From Archaeoglobus fulgidus DSM 4304 (GTDB lineage: Archaea; Halobacteriota; Archaeoglobi; Archaeoglobales; Archaeoglobaceae): 32,000 bases of DNA. Shown here piece by piece: positions 8,351 through 16,464 of this stretch (position 1 is its first letter; each line of letters starts with the position of its first letter). The stretch spans positions 1,080,001 to 1,112,000 of the forward strand of contig NC_000917.1 in the NCBI RefSeq assembly GCF_000008665.1. Reading direction: 5' to 3'. Under the pieces are notes generated by a model. It made no database searches, had not been told where the DNA came from, and was given only the letters and a program-made list of their open reading frames with translations. Position numbers and translations under genes: made by a program.

Positions 8351-9342
8351 GGAGAATCGAGGCAGGGAGTCGCTACACCTACTTGCCAGAGGGATGCAGG
8401 CTGTGCAGGAAGGGAGCGAAGCTCGTGCTGTTCGTTACAGGGATTTGCAACAACTCGTGCTTTTACTGCCCCGTTTCAAAGGAGAAAATTGGTAGGGATG
8501 TTGTCTTTGCCAACGAAAGGCCTGTGAAGAGCGTAGAAGATGTTTTTGAGGAAATAGAGATGATGGACGCCGAGGGAATTGCAATTACGGGAGGAGAGCC
8601 CTTGCTTAAAATTGAGAAGGTTCGGGAATACCTGAAGCTTGCAAAGAAGCTCGACCTGCACGTTCACCTCTACACGTCCCTTCCCGCAGGAGAAAAGCTG
8701 AAAAAGCTTGAGGGGCTTGACGAGATTCGCTTTCATCCACCCGAACTGAAGAGTCCTGAAAAGTATGAGGAGTCAATCAGGCTGGCTAAAAAGCTGGGGA
8801 TGGACGCGGGTTTTGAGATTCCCGCAATCCGATTTGAGGAGAAAATTGTCGAAATTGTAAACAGAAACGACGCTTTTCTCAACGTGAACCAGCTTGAAGT
8901 GAGTGAAAGCAACTGGGAAAGGATTGCGGAGAGTTACAGCATCACAGACTACTACGTCAGTGATGAGGAGACGGAGAGGATTGTAAAGGAGTACGAGAGG
9001 GCTGAGAAGTTTCACTACTGCAGCGCGAGATTCAAGGACATTGCTCAGTTCAGAAGGAGGCTGATAAGGATGGCCATGAACCACCCTGAGTTTTACGCCG
9101 TCACGAGAGACGGCACGCTTGTATGCACGAGAGTTGAGGGTGATGCAGAAAGGCTGAGCATCGCCGAAGAGATTCTCAGAAAAGCCGGACAGGAATTTGT
9201 AAGGTTCGAAGATTGCATTGAAACGACTCCCGAACTTGAGAAGAAGATTAGAGAAGCTTTAAAATCTGAGGGGTTAAGGCTCAGGATAGTCGAAAGATAT
9301 CCCACATATAACCGGCTTGTGCTTGAAGTAATGGATATCTGA
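8347..9342 (+). CDS. Radical SAM protein (pyruvate formate-lyase activase-related, COG2108-like), function unknown
   Basis: CNNSCFYCP is a CxxxCxxC radical SAM cluster motif, and ITGGEPLL is a SAM-binding GGE motif. The ATG at 8347 overlaps the lysS stop (ATGA). The track start at 8317 lies inside lysS and is less likely. Confidence 0.8.
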   Translation: MRRIEAGSRYTYLPEGCRLCRKGAKLVLFVTGICNNSCFYCPVSKEKIGRDVVFANERPVKSVEDVFEEIEMMDAEGIAITGGEPLLKIEKVREYLKLAKKLDLHVHLYTSLPAGEKLKKLEGLDEIRFHPPELKSPEKYEESIRLAKKLGMDAGFEIPAIRFEEKIVEIVNRNDAFLNVNQLEVSESNWERIAESYSITDYYVSDEETERIVKEYERAEKFHYCSARFKDIAQFRRRLIRMAMNHPEFYAVTRDGTLVCTRVEGDAERLSIAEEILRKAGQEFVRFEDCIETTPELEKKIREALKSEGLRLRIVERYPTYNRLVLEVMDI

Positions 9343-9350
9343 GGTGTGGC

Positions 9351-9644
9351 ATGAACGGAGAGGTCGAGTCGAGGTTGAGGAAGTACCTCGAAAGGGACAA
9401 GAACGGTCTGAGGAGGGAACTGCTCAGAGTGCTCCTTGAGGGGAAGAAATTCACAACCAGCGAAATCCACGATATTTTGTCAAGAAGGGGCTACTCGATA
9501 AGCCCAAGGGGGGTTTCCGCAATGGTTGGCTTAATCTCCGCAAGGCTCGGAATACTCAAGACCGAGCTTGGGGAGAAGAACAGATATTACCTCAAGAGCG
9601 AATACGCTGATTTGGTCAGGAAAATCGTCGAGGAATTTGAATGA
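9351..9644 (+). CDS. Small winged-helix-like protein, 97 aa (possibly the archaeal DUF2551 family; uncertain)
   Basis: A GAGGTG Shine-Dalgarno lies 5 nt upstream. The pattern LRRELLRVLLEGKKFTTSEIHDILSRRGYSISPRGVSAMVGLI looks like helix-turn-helix plus wing. Its stop overlaps the uppS start (ATGA). Confidence 0.55.
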   Translation: MNGEVESRLRKYLERDKNGLRRELLRVLLEGKKFTTSEIHDILSRRGYSISPRGVSAMVGLISARLGILKTELGEKNRYYLKSEYADLVRKIVEEFE

Positions 9645-10396
9645 TATTTCACAAAATTTATGAGAACAAGCTGCTGAGGAGTGTAAGGAAGGGGGCGATT
9701 CCCCATCATATAGCCATCATTATGGATGGAAACAGAAGATTTGCGAGGAAAAAAGGTTTAGAGCCACATGAAGGGCATTTTTTTGGTTCTAAAAAAGCCG
9801 AAGAGGTTCTTGAGTGGTGCTGGGACCTGGGGGTTAAGATGCTAACCCTCTACGCCTTCTCAACCGAAAATTTCAGGAGAAGTGAGAAGGAAAAGAAAAA
9901 CATTTTCCAGCTGCTCGAAAGCGAGCTCAGGAGACTTCTAAAGGACAGGAGGACCTACGAGAGGGAGCTCAGAGTTAAGGTGGTCGGCAAGAGGGAGCTT
10001 TTGCCCGAAAACCTTCGAGAGACCATAAAGGAGGTTGAGGAAAGAACCAAAAAGCACAGAAGGCACTACCTCAACGTTGCCGTGGCCTACGGCGGGAGGC
10101 AGGAAATCATAGATGCCGTCAGAGCCATCTTAAGAAAGGTGAGAAAAGGGGAGGTCAGGCCGGAGGAGATTGACGAGAAAATGCTTGAGGAACATTTATA
10201 TGGTGAGGGGAGGTATTCTAAGGTTGACCTGATAATAAGGACGGGTGGTGAGCAGAGGCTCTCGAATTTCCTCCCTTGGCAGGCTGCGAACAGCGTCGCA
10301 TACTTCTGCGATGTTTACTGGCCTGAGTTCAGAAAGATAGACCTGCTCAGGGCGATAAGAGCCTGGCAGTACAGGAAGAGTCACGAGGTGGTGTGA
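9641..10396 (+). CDS. uppS: Undecaprenyl diphosphate synthase family cis-prenyltransferase
   Basis: HIAIIMDGNRRFARK and IRTGGEQRLSNFLPWQ are the canonical cis-IPPS motifs. Confidence 0.93.
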   Translation: MIFHKIYENKLLRSVRKGAIPHHIAIIMDGNRRFARKKGLEPHEGHFFGSKKAEEVLEWCWDLGVKMLTLYAFSTENFRRSEKEKKNIFQLLESELRRLLKDRRTYERELRVKVVGKRELLPENLRETIKEVEERTKKHRRHYLNVAVAYGGRQEIIDAVRAILRKVRKGEVRPEEIDEKMLEEHLYGEGRYSKVDLIIRTGGEQRLSNFLPWQAANSVAYFCDVYWPEFRKIDLLRAIRAWQYRKSHEVV

Positions 10397-11619
10397 TGTC
10401 CCAGAAGATGATGTACGAGTTCAAGAGGAAGCTGGAGGAGCTTGAGAAGTACAAGGGTAGGGGTACCGAGCTCATTACATTATATATTCCTCCTGATAAA
10501 AATATTGCCGACGTTTCCAACCAGCTCAGAAGTGAACTGAGTCAGGCTTCGAATATAAAATCAAAGCAAACGAGAACAAACGTTCTTGCAGGTATAGAGG
10601 CAATTTTGAACCGATTGAAGCACTTCCGAAAACCTCCCGAAAACGGGATGGTTATCATAAGCGGTGTTGTCAACATAAACGGCAAGGAAAAGCACATTAC
10701 CGAAATAATTGAGCCTCCTGAGCCCGTTCCCCTTTACAAGTACCACTGCGACTCGAAGTTCTACCTCGACCCTCTCAAGGAGATGCTGACAGAGAAGAAG
10801 CTTTACGGGCTCATAGTCCTCGACCGAAGGGAGGCCACGGTGGGACTGCTTAAGGGCAAGAGGATAGAGGTCCTCGACTGGGACACGTCCATGGTTCCCG
10901 GAAAGCACAGGCAGGGAGGGCAGAGCAGCGTTAGATTTGAGAGGCTGAGGGAGATAGCAATTCACGAGTTCTACAAGAAAGTAGGAGAGATGGCCAGCGA
11001 GGCCTTGCTGCCTTACAAGGACAAGCTGATCGGAATCCTCATTGGAGGGCCATCCCCTACAAAGGAGGAATTCTACGAGGGTGAGTACCTGCACCACGAG
11101 TTGCAGAAAAAGGTGTTGGGGCTCTTCGACGTCGGCTACACAGACGAGTCCGGGCTGTATGAGCTTGTGGAGAAGGCGAAGGACGTTTTGCAGGAAGTTG
11201 ACATTATCAGAGAGAAGAACCTGATGCAGAGGTTCCTTAAAGAGGTCGCTAGGGATGGGTTAGCTGCTTACGGTGAGGAGGAGGTAAGGAGGTACATTGA
11301 GCTCGGCGCTGTTGACACGCTGCTGCTCTCCGAAGACCTCAGGTACGAGAGGGTCAAGTACCGATGCCCCAAGTGCGGCAAGGAGGTTGAGGTGACCGTG
11401 AGGGAGGGCATAGAAAAGCCACCCTTCTGCGAGGAGGACAACGTCGAGATGGAGGAGGTTGAGAGGAGGGACATCGTGCTTGAGCTCTCAGAGCTTGCGG
11501 AAAGCACAGGGGCGAAGGTCGAGTTCCTCTCGACAGAGAGCGAGGAGGGTGAGATGCTTTACAAAGCCTTTGGCGGAATAGCTGCAATTCTCAGATTCAA
11601 GCCGGACGGCGGTCAGTGA
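10396..11619 (+). CDS. prf1: Peptide chain release factor aRF1
   Basis: It has the NIKS decoding motif (ASNIKSKQTR), the GGQ motif (KHRQGGQSS) and a C-terminal zinc-ribbon insert (CPKCG...FCEED). The ATG at 10396 overlaps the uppS TGA (TGATG). The track start at 10393 is a GTG. Confidence 0.95.
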   Translation: MSQKMMYEFKRKLEELEKYKGRGTELITLYIPPDKNIADVSNQLRSELSQASNIKSKQTRTNVLAGIEAILNRLKHFRKPPENGMVIISGVVNINGKEKHITEIIEPPEPVPLYKYHCDSKFYLDPLKEMLTEKKLYGLIVLDRREATVGLLKGKRIEVLDWDTSMVPGKHRQGGQSSVRFERLREIAIHEFYKKVGEMASEALLPYKDKLIGILIGGPSPTKEEFYEGEYLHHELQKKVLGLFDVGYTDESGLYELVEKAKDVLQEVDIIREKNLMQRFLKEVARDGLAAYGEEEVRRYIELGAVDTLLLSEDLRYERVKYRCPKCGKEVEVTVREGIEKPPFCEEDNVEMEEVERRDIVLELSELAESTGAKVEFLSTESEEGEMLYKAFGGIAAILRFKPDGGQ

Positions 11620-11648
11620 CTAACAAGTGTCAGCAAAAATGGAAATCC

Positions 11649-11656
11649 TTTTATTT
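11649..11656 (+). promoter_or_regulatory. TATA box (TTTTATTT) for the micro-ORF/symporter unit; leaderless layout
   Basis: The centre is 25.5 nt upstream of the ATG at 11678. Confidence 0.4.
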
Positions 11657-11677
11657 GCAAATTTGGCGCATAAGAGC

Positions 11678-11773
11678 ATGTTTGGAATGGAGCCGGTAAC
11701 GTTTGCGAGCATCGGTGTGACTGTTGGCGTTCAAATCGTTATTCTGTTAATCTGGGGCTTAAGCTGGAGGTGA
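11678..11773 (+). CDS. 31-codon single-pass membrane micro-protein, candidate small subunit of the downstream symporter
   Basis: This ORF is below the ORF-track size cutoff. The sequence atg ttt gga atg gag ... tgg agg tga encodes MFGMEPVTFASIGVTVGVQIVILLIWGLSWR, which contains one hydrophobic helix. Its last codons form GGAGGTGA (11766-11773), 4 nt upstream of the TTG start of the symporter. Confidence 0.45.
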   Translation: MFGMEPVTFASIGVTVGVQIVILLIWGLSWR

Positions 11774-11777
11774 TTTT

Positions 11778-13298
11778 TTGTTAGCCGTAGCCGTATTCTT
11801 AGCCTATCTAATAGCCATAGCCATCATAGCCTACTACGGGGCAAAAAGGACGAAGACGGTGGCGGATTTTGTTGCAGCGAGCGGTCAGCTCGGATTCTGG
11901 ACGTACTGCCTACTGATGATCGGCAGCGTCTTCAGCGGAATGACTCTGATCGGCGTTGCTGGCCTGGCCTTCACCACAGGCTATGCGAACGTGTGGGAAA
12001 GGATAATTGGCCCGCCCTTTGCCATAGCCTTCGGAACGATTTTGATCGGTTACAAGCTGTTCAATCTCAAGGACAAAAATGGAATACTCACCATTCAGGA
12101 CTATCTCGCTTTTCGCTACGATGATCCGAAAATTATCAGAATTCTCGCCGGGTTGATTTCGGCGGTAACCTGCTTCGTATACCTGATTGGGCAGTACACG
12201 GCAATCGGTGTGGTCAGCTACGTCGTGCTTGGAATTCCCTACTGGCTGGGGGCAGTCATTGCGGCTGTAATCGTCGTTGCCTACGTCATGAGCGGAGGGA
12301 TGTTCTCCACGGCCTGGACAACCTTTCTGCAGTCCATTCTTATGCTGCTCGGCATTTACGTTACCGTTCCATTCATAATTGCCTGGGTTGGAGGGTTCGA
12401 GGCTATGAATCAGGCTCTGGCAGCGATGCCTGAAATACAGAACGCCACGAGAGGTGTGGCGGAGAACTTCATGTTTGCTAAGTATCTCAGCAAACCGTTC
12501 GCCCCCGCCTCAGTCCCACTCGCGGGCTGGGTTTACAACCTCACGCTCTTCGGTATAACTGTCCCACTCGGATTAATGGTCGCTCCGCACATCGTTAACA
12601 ACATGCTGACCTTCAGGAAAATCGAGTACACAAGGTGGGGACCGCTGGTAATGTACGTAATCGGCTTTTCGGCAATCTTTCTCACGGCCCTTGCGGGGAT
12701 GGCTGCGAGGGTTGCCTGGGCCAAAGGAATGATAGACATTCCCAGCCTTACCCTGGGGAGCATCGAGGTTAAGTGGTCGGACATGGCGTACCCGACAATA
12801 GCCAGCAAGGCCCTTCCCTACTGGCTTTTTGTCCTGCTTCTCCCAACAATTCTGGCGGGAGTGATGTCCACAACGGACAGGCTTATCCTAACTGCGGCGA
12901 ACAACATCAGCTACGACGTTTTGAGGAACGCCCTTGGTAAAAATCTGTCTGAAAATGCGCTGAAAAAGGTCAACATGCTCGTTGTGCCTTTAATTGGCTT
13001 TGGCTCCCTCCTGATAGCTCTGTTCCCTCAGCAGCTCCTTGCGTGGTTTATCTGGGCGGCTCTGTCACTCATGACGAACTGCTTCTTTTTCCCAATAATG
13101 CTGGGATTGTATTGGGACAGGATGACCAAAAACGCAGCAAGGCTGAGCATGATTGCGGGGTTTGTTGTAACTCTTGCAACCTTCGCAATCTACGGAAAGA
13201 CGATATACATAGCCGGCATTCCTGCATACTCTGTACTGCCGGGCTTTGTGGCCAGCTTCGTCTTAGCTGTCGGGGTTTCCCTGCTTGAAAAAGGTTAG
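11778..13298 (+). CDS. Sodium:solute symporter family (SSS/SSF) transporter, substrate unknown
   Basis: 506 aa and polytopic. The N-terminus LAYLIAIAIIAYYGAKRTKTVADF is typical of SSS TM1. The TTG start is required because the next in-frame ATG would delete TM1. Confidence 0.85.
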   Translation: MLAVAVFLAYLIAIAIIAYYGAKRTKTVADFVAASGQLGFWTYCLLMIGSVFSGMTLIGVAGLAFTTGYANVWERIIGPPFAIAFGTILIGYKLFNLKDKNGILTIQDYLAFRYDDPKIIRILAGLISAVTCFVYLIGQYTAIGVVSYVVLGIPYWLGAVIAAVIVVAYVMSGGMFSTAWTTFLQSILMLLGIYVTVPFIIAWVGGFEAMNQALAAMPEIQNATRGVAENFMFAKYLSKPFAPASVPLAGWVYNLTLFGITVPLGLMVAPHIVNNMLTFRKIEYTRWGPLVMYVIGFSAIFLTALAGMAARVAWAKGMIDIPSLTLGSIEVKWSDMAYPTIASKALPYWLFVLLLPTILAGVMSTTDRLILTAANNISYDVLRNALGKNLSENALKKVNMLVVPLIGFGSLLIALFPQQLLAWFIWAALSLMTNCFFFPIMLGLYWDRMTKNAARLSMIAGFVVTLATFAIYGKTIYIAGIPAYSVLPGFVASFVLAVGVSLLEKG

Positions 13299-14090
13299 GG
13301 CAATTCCGGAAAGGATGACGAACATGTATGCGTAAGCCTGAGTTTCAAGGGTTTGGTTCAGGAAAATTGCAGCGAGGGCTGTAGCACCAACGGCCTCCCC
13401 TATAACGCTTGCCGTGACGGGCAGAACTTCCATCTGCCTTAGGAGGTAGTTGAGCAGGGAGTGGCCTACCAGCATCGGAATTAGCGCCATGAGCGCGAGG
13501 TAAATCCAGGTGCTGGCAGGGTAGCCGAAAATCGGTTGAGAGGTTAGAAGGCACGCTAATAGCGAAAAAACTGCCGCTGAGGAGTAGGTCACGATGAGGT
13601 AGGATGGAAAGTCAACGCTCCTTGCAAATCTTGCGGATGCGAAGTAGTATCCGCCTGCAATCGCACCGGCAAGGGCCAGCAGTATTCCGTACAAGTCAGC
13701 CCTCGCATCGGCACCGCTTAGAAGGTAAACGCCAACCATCGCAATGAGCACACCTGCAATCTGATTGGGTCTGGGCTTTTCTCCCCAGAGATACGCAAAA
13801 AGTCCGGAAAAGAGGGAGTGCGTGCAGACTATAGTAGTGCTTACAGCAATTGAGGCGTGGAAGAGTGACTCTATCCAGAAGGAAAAGTGGAGGGCAAGGG
13901 CAAGTCCCGCGAGAACGGACATTCTCGACATCACTATCTTCCTGGGCCTGTAAATTAACAGGAGAAAGGGTATGGAGAGGGTAAGCCTCCAGAAAGCGGC
14001 GACGACTCCAGGGACAGAAGCGAGGAATGCAAATATTGCTGCGGAGGATACGGCGAGAACGGCCGTGAATAAAAGAAGGTAGTTGAGCAT
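13263..14090 (-). CDS. EamA/DMT-superfamily transporter
   Basis: 275 aa with about 10 hydrophobic helices arranged as two halves. The ATG overlaps the stop of the HD gene (TAATG). Its 3' end overlaps the convergent symporter gene by 36 nt. Confidence 0.8.
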   Translation of the reverse strand: MLNYLLLFTAVLAVSSAAIFAFLASVPGVVAAFWRLTLSIPFLLLIYRPRKIVMSRMSVLAGLALALHFSFWIESLFHASIAVSTTIVCTHSLFSGLFAYLWGEKPRPNQIAGVLIAMVGVYLLSGADARADLYGILLALAGAIAGGYYFASARFARSVDFPSYLIVTYSSAAVFSLLACLLTSQPIFGYPASTWIYLALMALIPMLVGHSLLNYLLRQMEVLPVTASVIGEAVGATALAAIFLNQTLETQAYAYMFVILSGIALTFFKQGNPDS

Positions 14091-14638
14091 TAAAACACCA
14101 GTCCGCTAAGCCTTTCAAGCTCCTCCTTCATTTTCCTTGCTCTTTCCCTTGTTCTCTCCGTCAGCCATCGCATCTCCGGGTTCTTTCTGTCAATCTCCTC
14201 AAGTCTCCTCATGAATTCCTCGAACGTGCCCTCCCTAACCCCCATCGCGAGATTGTCGGCAAAGCTGACTATCTTCTCTTCAAGCGTTTCTGGCATGTAG
14301 TTTTTCGGTATAAGGCCGAGCTTGCTGGCTTCCTCCGCATTTATGCCCGCGCTGAAGTGTCTTTCCGCGATTCTTACAATCTTCTCGTCAACCCCCTCCT
14401 TCCTCAGTATTTCGGCGGATTTTATGAAGTGCTGGAACGGATCATGAGTTATCGCTCTGCCAATGTCGTGAAGAAGCGCTCCTTTTAAAACCGCATCCAT
14501 GTCAACTTCGTGACCCTTTTTGCGGATATTCTCGGCAATCTTCATCGCAACTCTTGCCACAGTGAGGCAGTGCCTCCTAACACTCTCGTCGAGTTTGTAT
14601 TTATCCCACAACCTCTGGACGTCCTCAGGTACATCCAT
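14090..14638 (-). CDS. HD-domain metal-dependent phosphohydrolase (archaeal HD subfamily)
   Basis: RRHCLTVARVA...LLHDIGRAITH supplies the H...HD motif. 182 aa. Confidence 0.8.
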   Translation of the reverse strand: MDVPEDVQRLWDKYKLDESVRRHCLTVARVAMKIAENIRKKGHEVDMDAVLKGALLHDIGRAITHDPFQHFIKSAEILRKEGVDEKIVRIAERHFSAGINAEEASKLGLIPKNYMPETLEEKIVSFADNLAMGVREGTFEEFMRRLEEIDRKNPEMRWLTERTRERARKMKEELERLSGLVF

Positions 14639-14659
14639 CGAGGGGAGTGGGAAAATGGT

Positions 14660-14667
14660 TTATTTAA
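14660..14667 (-). promoter_or_regulatory. TATA box (TTAAATAA on minus strand) for the HD/EamA unit; leaderless layout
   Basis: The centre is 25.5 nt upstream of the ATG at 14638. Confidence 0.5.
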
Positions 14668-14675
14668 GGTTTAAC

Positions 14676-14682
14676 AAAAAAA
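14676..14682 (-). terminator. Oligo-T (T7) archaeal terminator after the four-gene Roadblock-like operon
   Basis: The plus-strand A7 run reads as T7 on the minus strand. It begins 8 nt downstream of the TGA at 14692-14690 and lies upstream of the next TATA box. Confidence 0.5.
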
Positions 14683-14689
14683 TGAGAAA

Positions 14690-15328
14690 TCACTCCTTCC
14701 TCGCTACAAACACGAGGGCAACGAAAGAGCCTACGAACAGGGATACCATGAAGAACGTTGCAAGCCTGTAAATGCTGCTCTGCCTGTTCAACTCCCTGAT
14801 TTTCTCCTCTAACTCATCCAAGTCACTCTTTTTCTTCTGGAGCTCCGTTTTTGCTCTCTCAAGCTTCTTCTGAAGTTCTTCTATCTGCTGCTTTTGCAAC
14901 TCGTTCTGGATTCCAAGCATTTTCGCTTTATTCTGCAGGTCTTCAAGCTGTGATTTCAGCGTTTCTATTTGCTCCTGCGAAATCTTCAGTTTCTCCTTGA
15001 GACTTTCAACCTCCTTTTGCAAAGCAAGGTTCTCCTTTTCCAAACTTGCAGCGTAAGCCTGGTAGTCAATGGTGGTTTCATTTACATCGATCTGTGCAAG
15101 AACGCTTCCGTCAGCGTACACCTCTTTCAGCCCCGGAGTGCAGTTTATACCTATCTTTACTTCATACTCCCCCGGTGTGGCGTTGATGGACGGCTGGAGA
15201 TTGTCCACGAAGTACATGCAGCTATCGCCGACTGTTAGCGTCGCCGTATCCGTTACGTTGACGCTGACAATATCTCCCGGAGAAGCTTGGAGAGTTAAAA
15301 GGACGAGCAGGGCGACAAGAGGAATCAT
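14690..15328 (-). CDS. Exported coiled-coil membrane protein: signal peptide, small N-terminal domain, roughly 95-residue coiled coil, C-terminal TM anchor
   Basis: MIPLVALLVLLTLQASPG is signal-peptide-like. Heptad-rich LEKENLALQKEVESLKEKLKISQEQIETLKSQLEDLQNKAKML...ELEEKIRELNRQ follows, then the C-terminal LATFFMVSLFVGSFVALVFVARKE. The ATG overlaps the upstream stop (ATGA). Confidence 0.7.
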   Translation of the reverse strand: MIPLVALLVLLTLQASPGDIVSVNVTDTATLTVGDSCMYFVDNLQPSINATPGEYEVKIGINCTPGLKEVYADGSVLAQIDVNETTIDYQAYAASLEKENLALQKEVESLKEKLKISQEQIETLKSQLEDLQNKAKMLGIQNELQKQQIEELQKKLERAKTELQKKKSDLDELEEKIRELNRQSSIYRLATFFMVSLFVGSFVALVFVARKE

Positions 15329-15831
15329 ATTATCCCCTCCAAAACCATGTTTACCTCCTCGCCAATCCTCTCTATCTCTCTCTTTGAAATGTCCCTGGCA
15401 ACTCTCGCGTGAAGCAGGACATCTGGGTTAACCTGCATCACGAGAACTCTGGTGTTCTCCCCGCTTAGAAGAATTCTGCTTGAGTTTAACATCCCTTTTC
15501 CGACTTTAATGAGTTCCGGCGCTATTGCAGCATCTTCCTCTGGTGTGGGGCTGTTTGAGGCTATTGGAAGGCCATCGGGTGTTAGCAGAGTAACGTCGCT
15601 GAGCATGTACTTGTTGCAGAGGTAGTCAACGAATTCCGACAGGTCAGATGGGGGTTTCTCCATTTTTGTCTCCAACTTTGGCTCTACTGAAGAAGTTACG
15701 TTGGATATCTTTGCCCTCATTACCTCCTCCTCTTTGGCCTTTTCCTCCTTCAGCGCGTAGTTCAGATATGCCCATGTAACGCCAAAACCGAGCAACCCGC
15801 CCGAAACTACTGCGAGAACCTCGTACACCAT
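15325..15831 (-). CDS. Membrane-tethered Roadblock/LC7 (MglB-like) domain protein
   Basis: There is an N-terminal TM helix (VLAVVSGGLLGFGVTWAYLNY). The C-terminal 100 aa read SDVTLLTPDGLPIASNSPTPEEDAAIAPELIKVGKGML...TRVLVMQVNPDVLLHARV, which fits the Robl_LC7 pattern (xDGLxxAS, then an acidic/Ala helix, then a beta hairpin). A GGTGATGG Shine-Dalgarno spans the upstream stop. Confidence 0.6.
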   Translation of the reverse strand: MVYEVLAVVSGGLLGFGVTWAYLNYALKEEKAKEEEVMRAKISNVTSSVEPKLETKMEKPPSDLSEFVDYLCNKYMLSDVTLLTPDGLPIASNSPTPEEDAAIAPELIKVGKGMLNSSRILLSGENTRVLVMQVNPDVLLHARVARDISKREIERIGEEVNMVLEGII

Positions 15832-15835
15832 ACCA

Positions 15836-16168
15836 TCACCTTAAAAATTTTGCAATCCCATCCAGATCAGCTTTCTCAAGCTGCTCCGCAAACTCAAATG
15901 CCTCCTCGATAGAAGAGAGGTCAACCTTCTTTGCCTCCTTTGCAACTCTTCTTAGGAGAATTTTTGCCGCTCCTATGTGTTTCCTGTCAACCTCGACGAG
16001 TCCTGAAACGCTGTTGCTCTCGAAGTACAGAGCTTCGCCGTTGAGGATGAGCACGGCATTTTTGAACTCGTTTTCAATCAAAATTGAGAACAGCTCCCTG
16101 TATTCCGCTGGAACGTCTCCGTGCTCCCTCAGCTCTTCACCCGTTTTAAGGAGATAGGATTTTATCAT
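15836..16168 (-). CDS. Hypothetical soluble protein, 110 aa, second gene of the operon
   Basis: A strong Shine-Dalgarno is present (AGGTGGAGGTAGAGGTTTATG). The gene overlaps the upstream gene by 23 nt. AVLILNGEALYFESNS is weakly Roadblock-like, but I do not assign a family. Confidence 0.55.
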   Translation of the reverse strand: MIKSYLLKTGEELREHGDVPAEYRELFSILIENEFKNAVLILNGEALYFESNSVSGLVEVDRKHIGAAKILLRRVAKEAKKVDLSSIEEAFEFAEQLEKADLDGIAKFLR

Positions 16169-16442
16169 AAACCTCTACCTCCACCTTCCTAAGCTCGCTC
16201 ATTACGTTATCCGACCTTGCAGGAAAGCAGATGAAAACCTCACCATGCTTTATCGCAATTATTCTTCCACCTTCATGCTCAAAAAACCCAACTTTGAATT
16301 TTTCGGGTAAGAAGGGTATTACTTTTGCTATTTTTTCAATCAGCTTCACCTCCTCATCGCTGAGAAGGTAGCTTTCGATAATTTCACCATCCTTTACTAA
16401 GCATGAACCTGTGCCTAATACAGAGTAAATTTTTTCCAACAT
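16146..16442 (-). CDS. Small Roadblock/LC7-like protein, 98 aa, first gene of the operon
   Basis: The sequence is MLEKIYSVLGTGSCLVKDGEIIESYLLSDEEVKLIEKIAKV...GGRIIAIKHGEVFICFPARS. I prefer the ATG at 16442; the track start at 16448 is a TTG. This ATG sits exactly where the TATA box at 16465-16472 predicts a transcription start. Confidence 0.55.
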   Translation of the reverse strand: MLEKIYSVLGTGSCLVKDGEIIESYLLSDEEVKLIEKIAKVIPFLPEKFKVGFFEHEGGRIIAIKHGEVFICFPARSDNVMSELRKVEVEVYDKILSP

Positions 16443-16464
16443 TAACAAAAAATGTGATAAAAAG

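Noticed and set aside
10561-11097. 178-aa minus-strand ORF
   Set aside because: It is antisense to aRF1, whose NIKS and GGQ motifs fix the coding strand.
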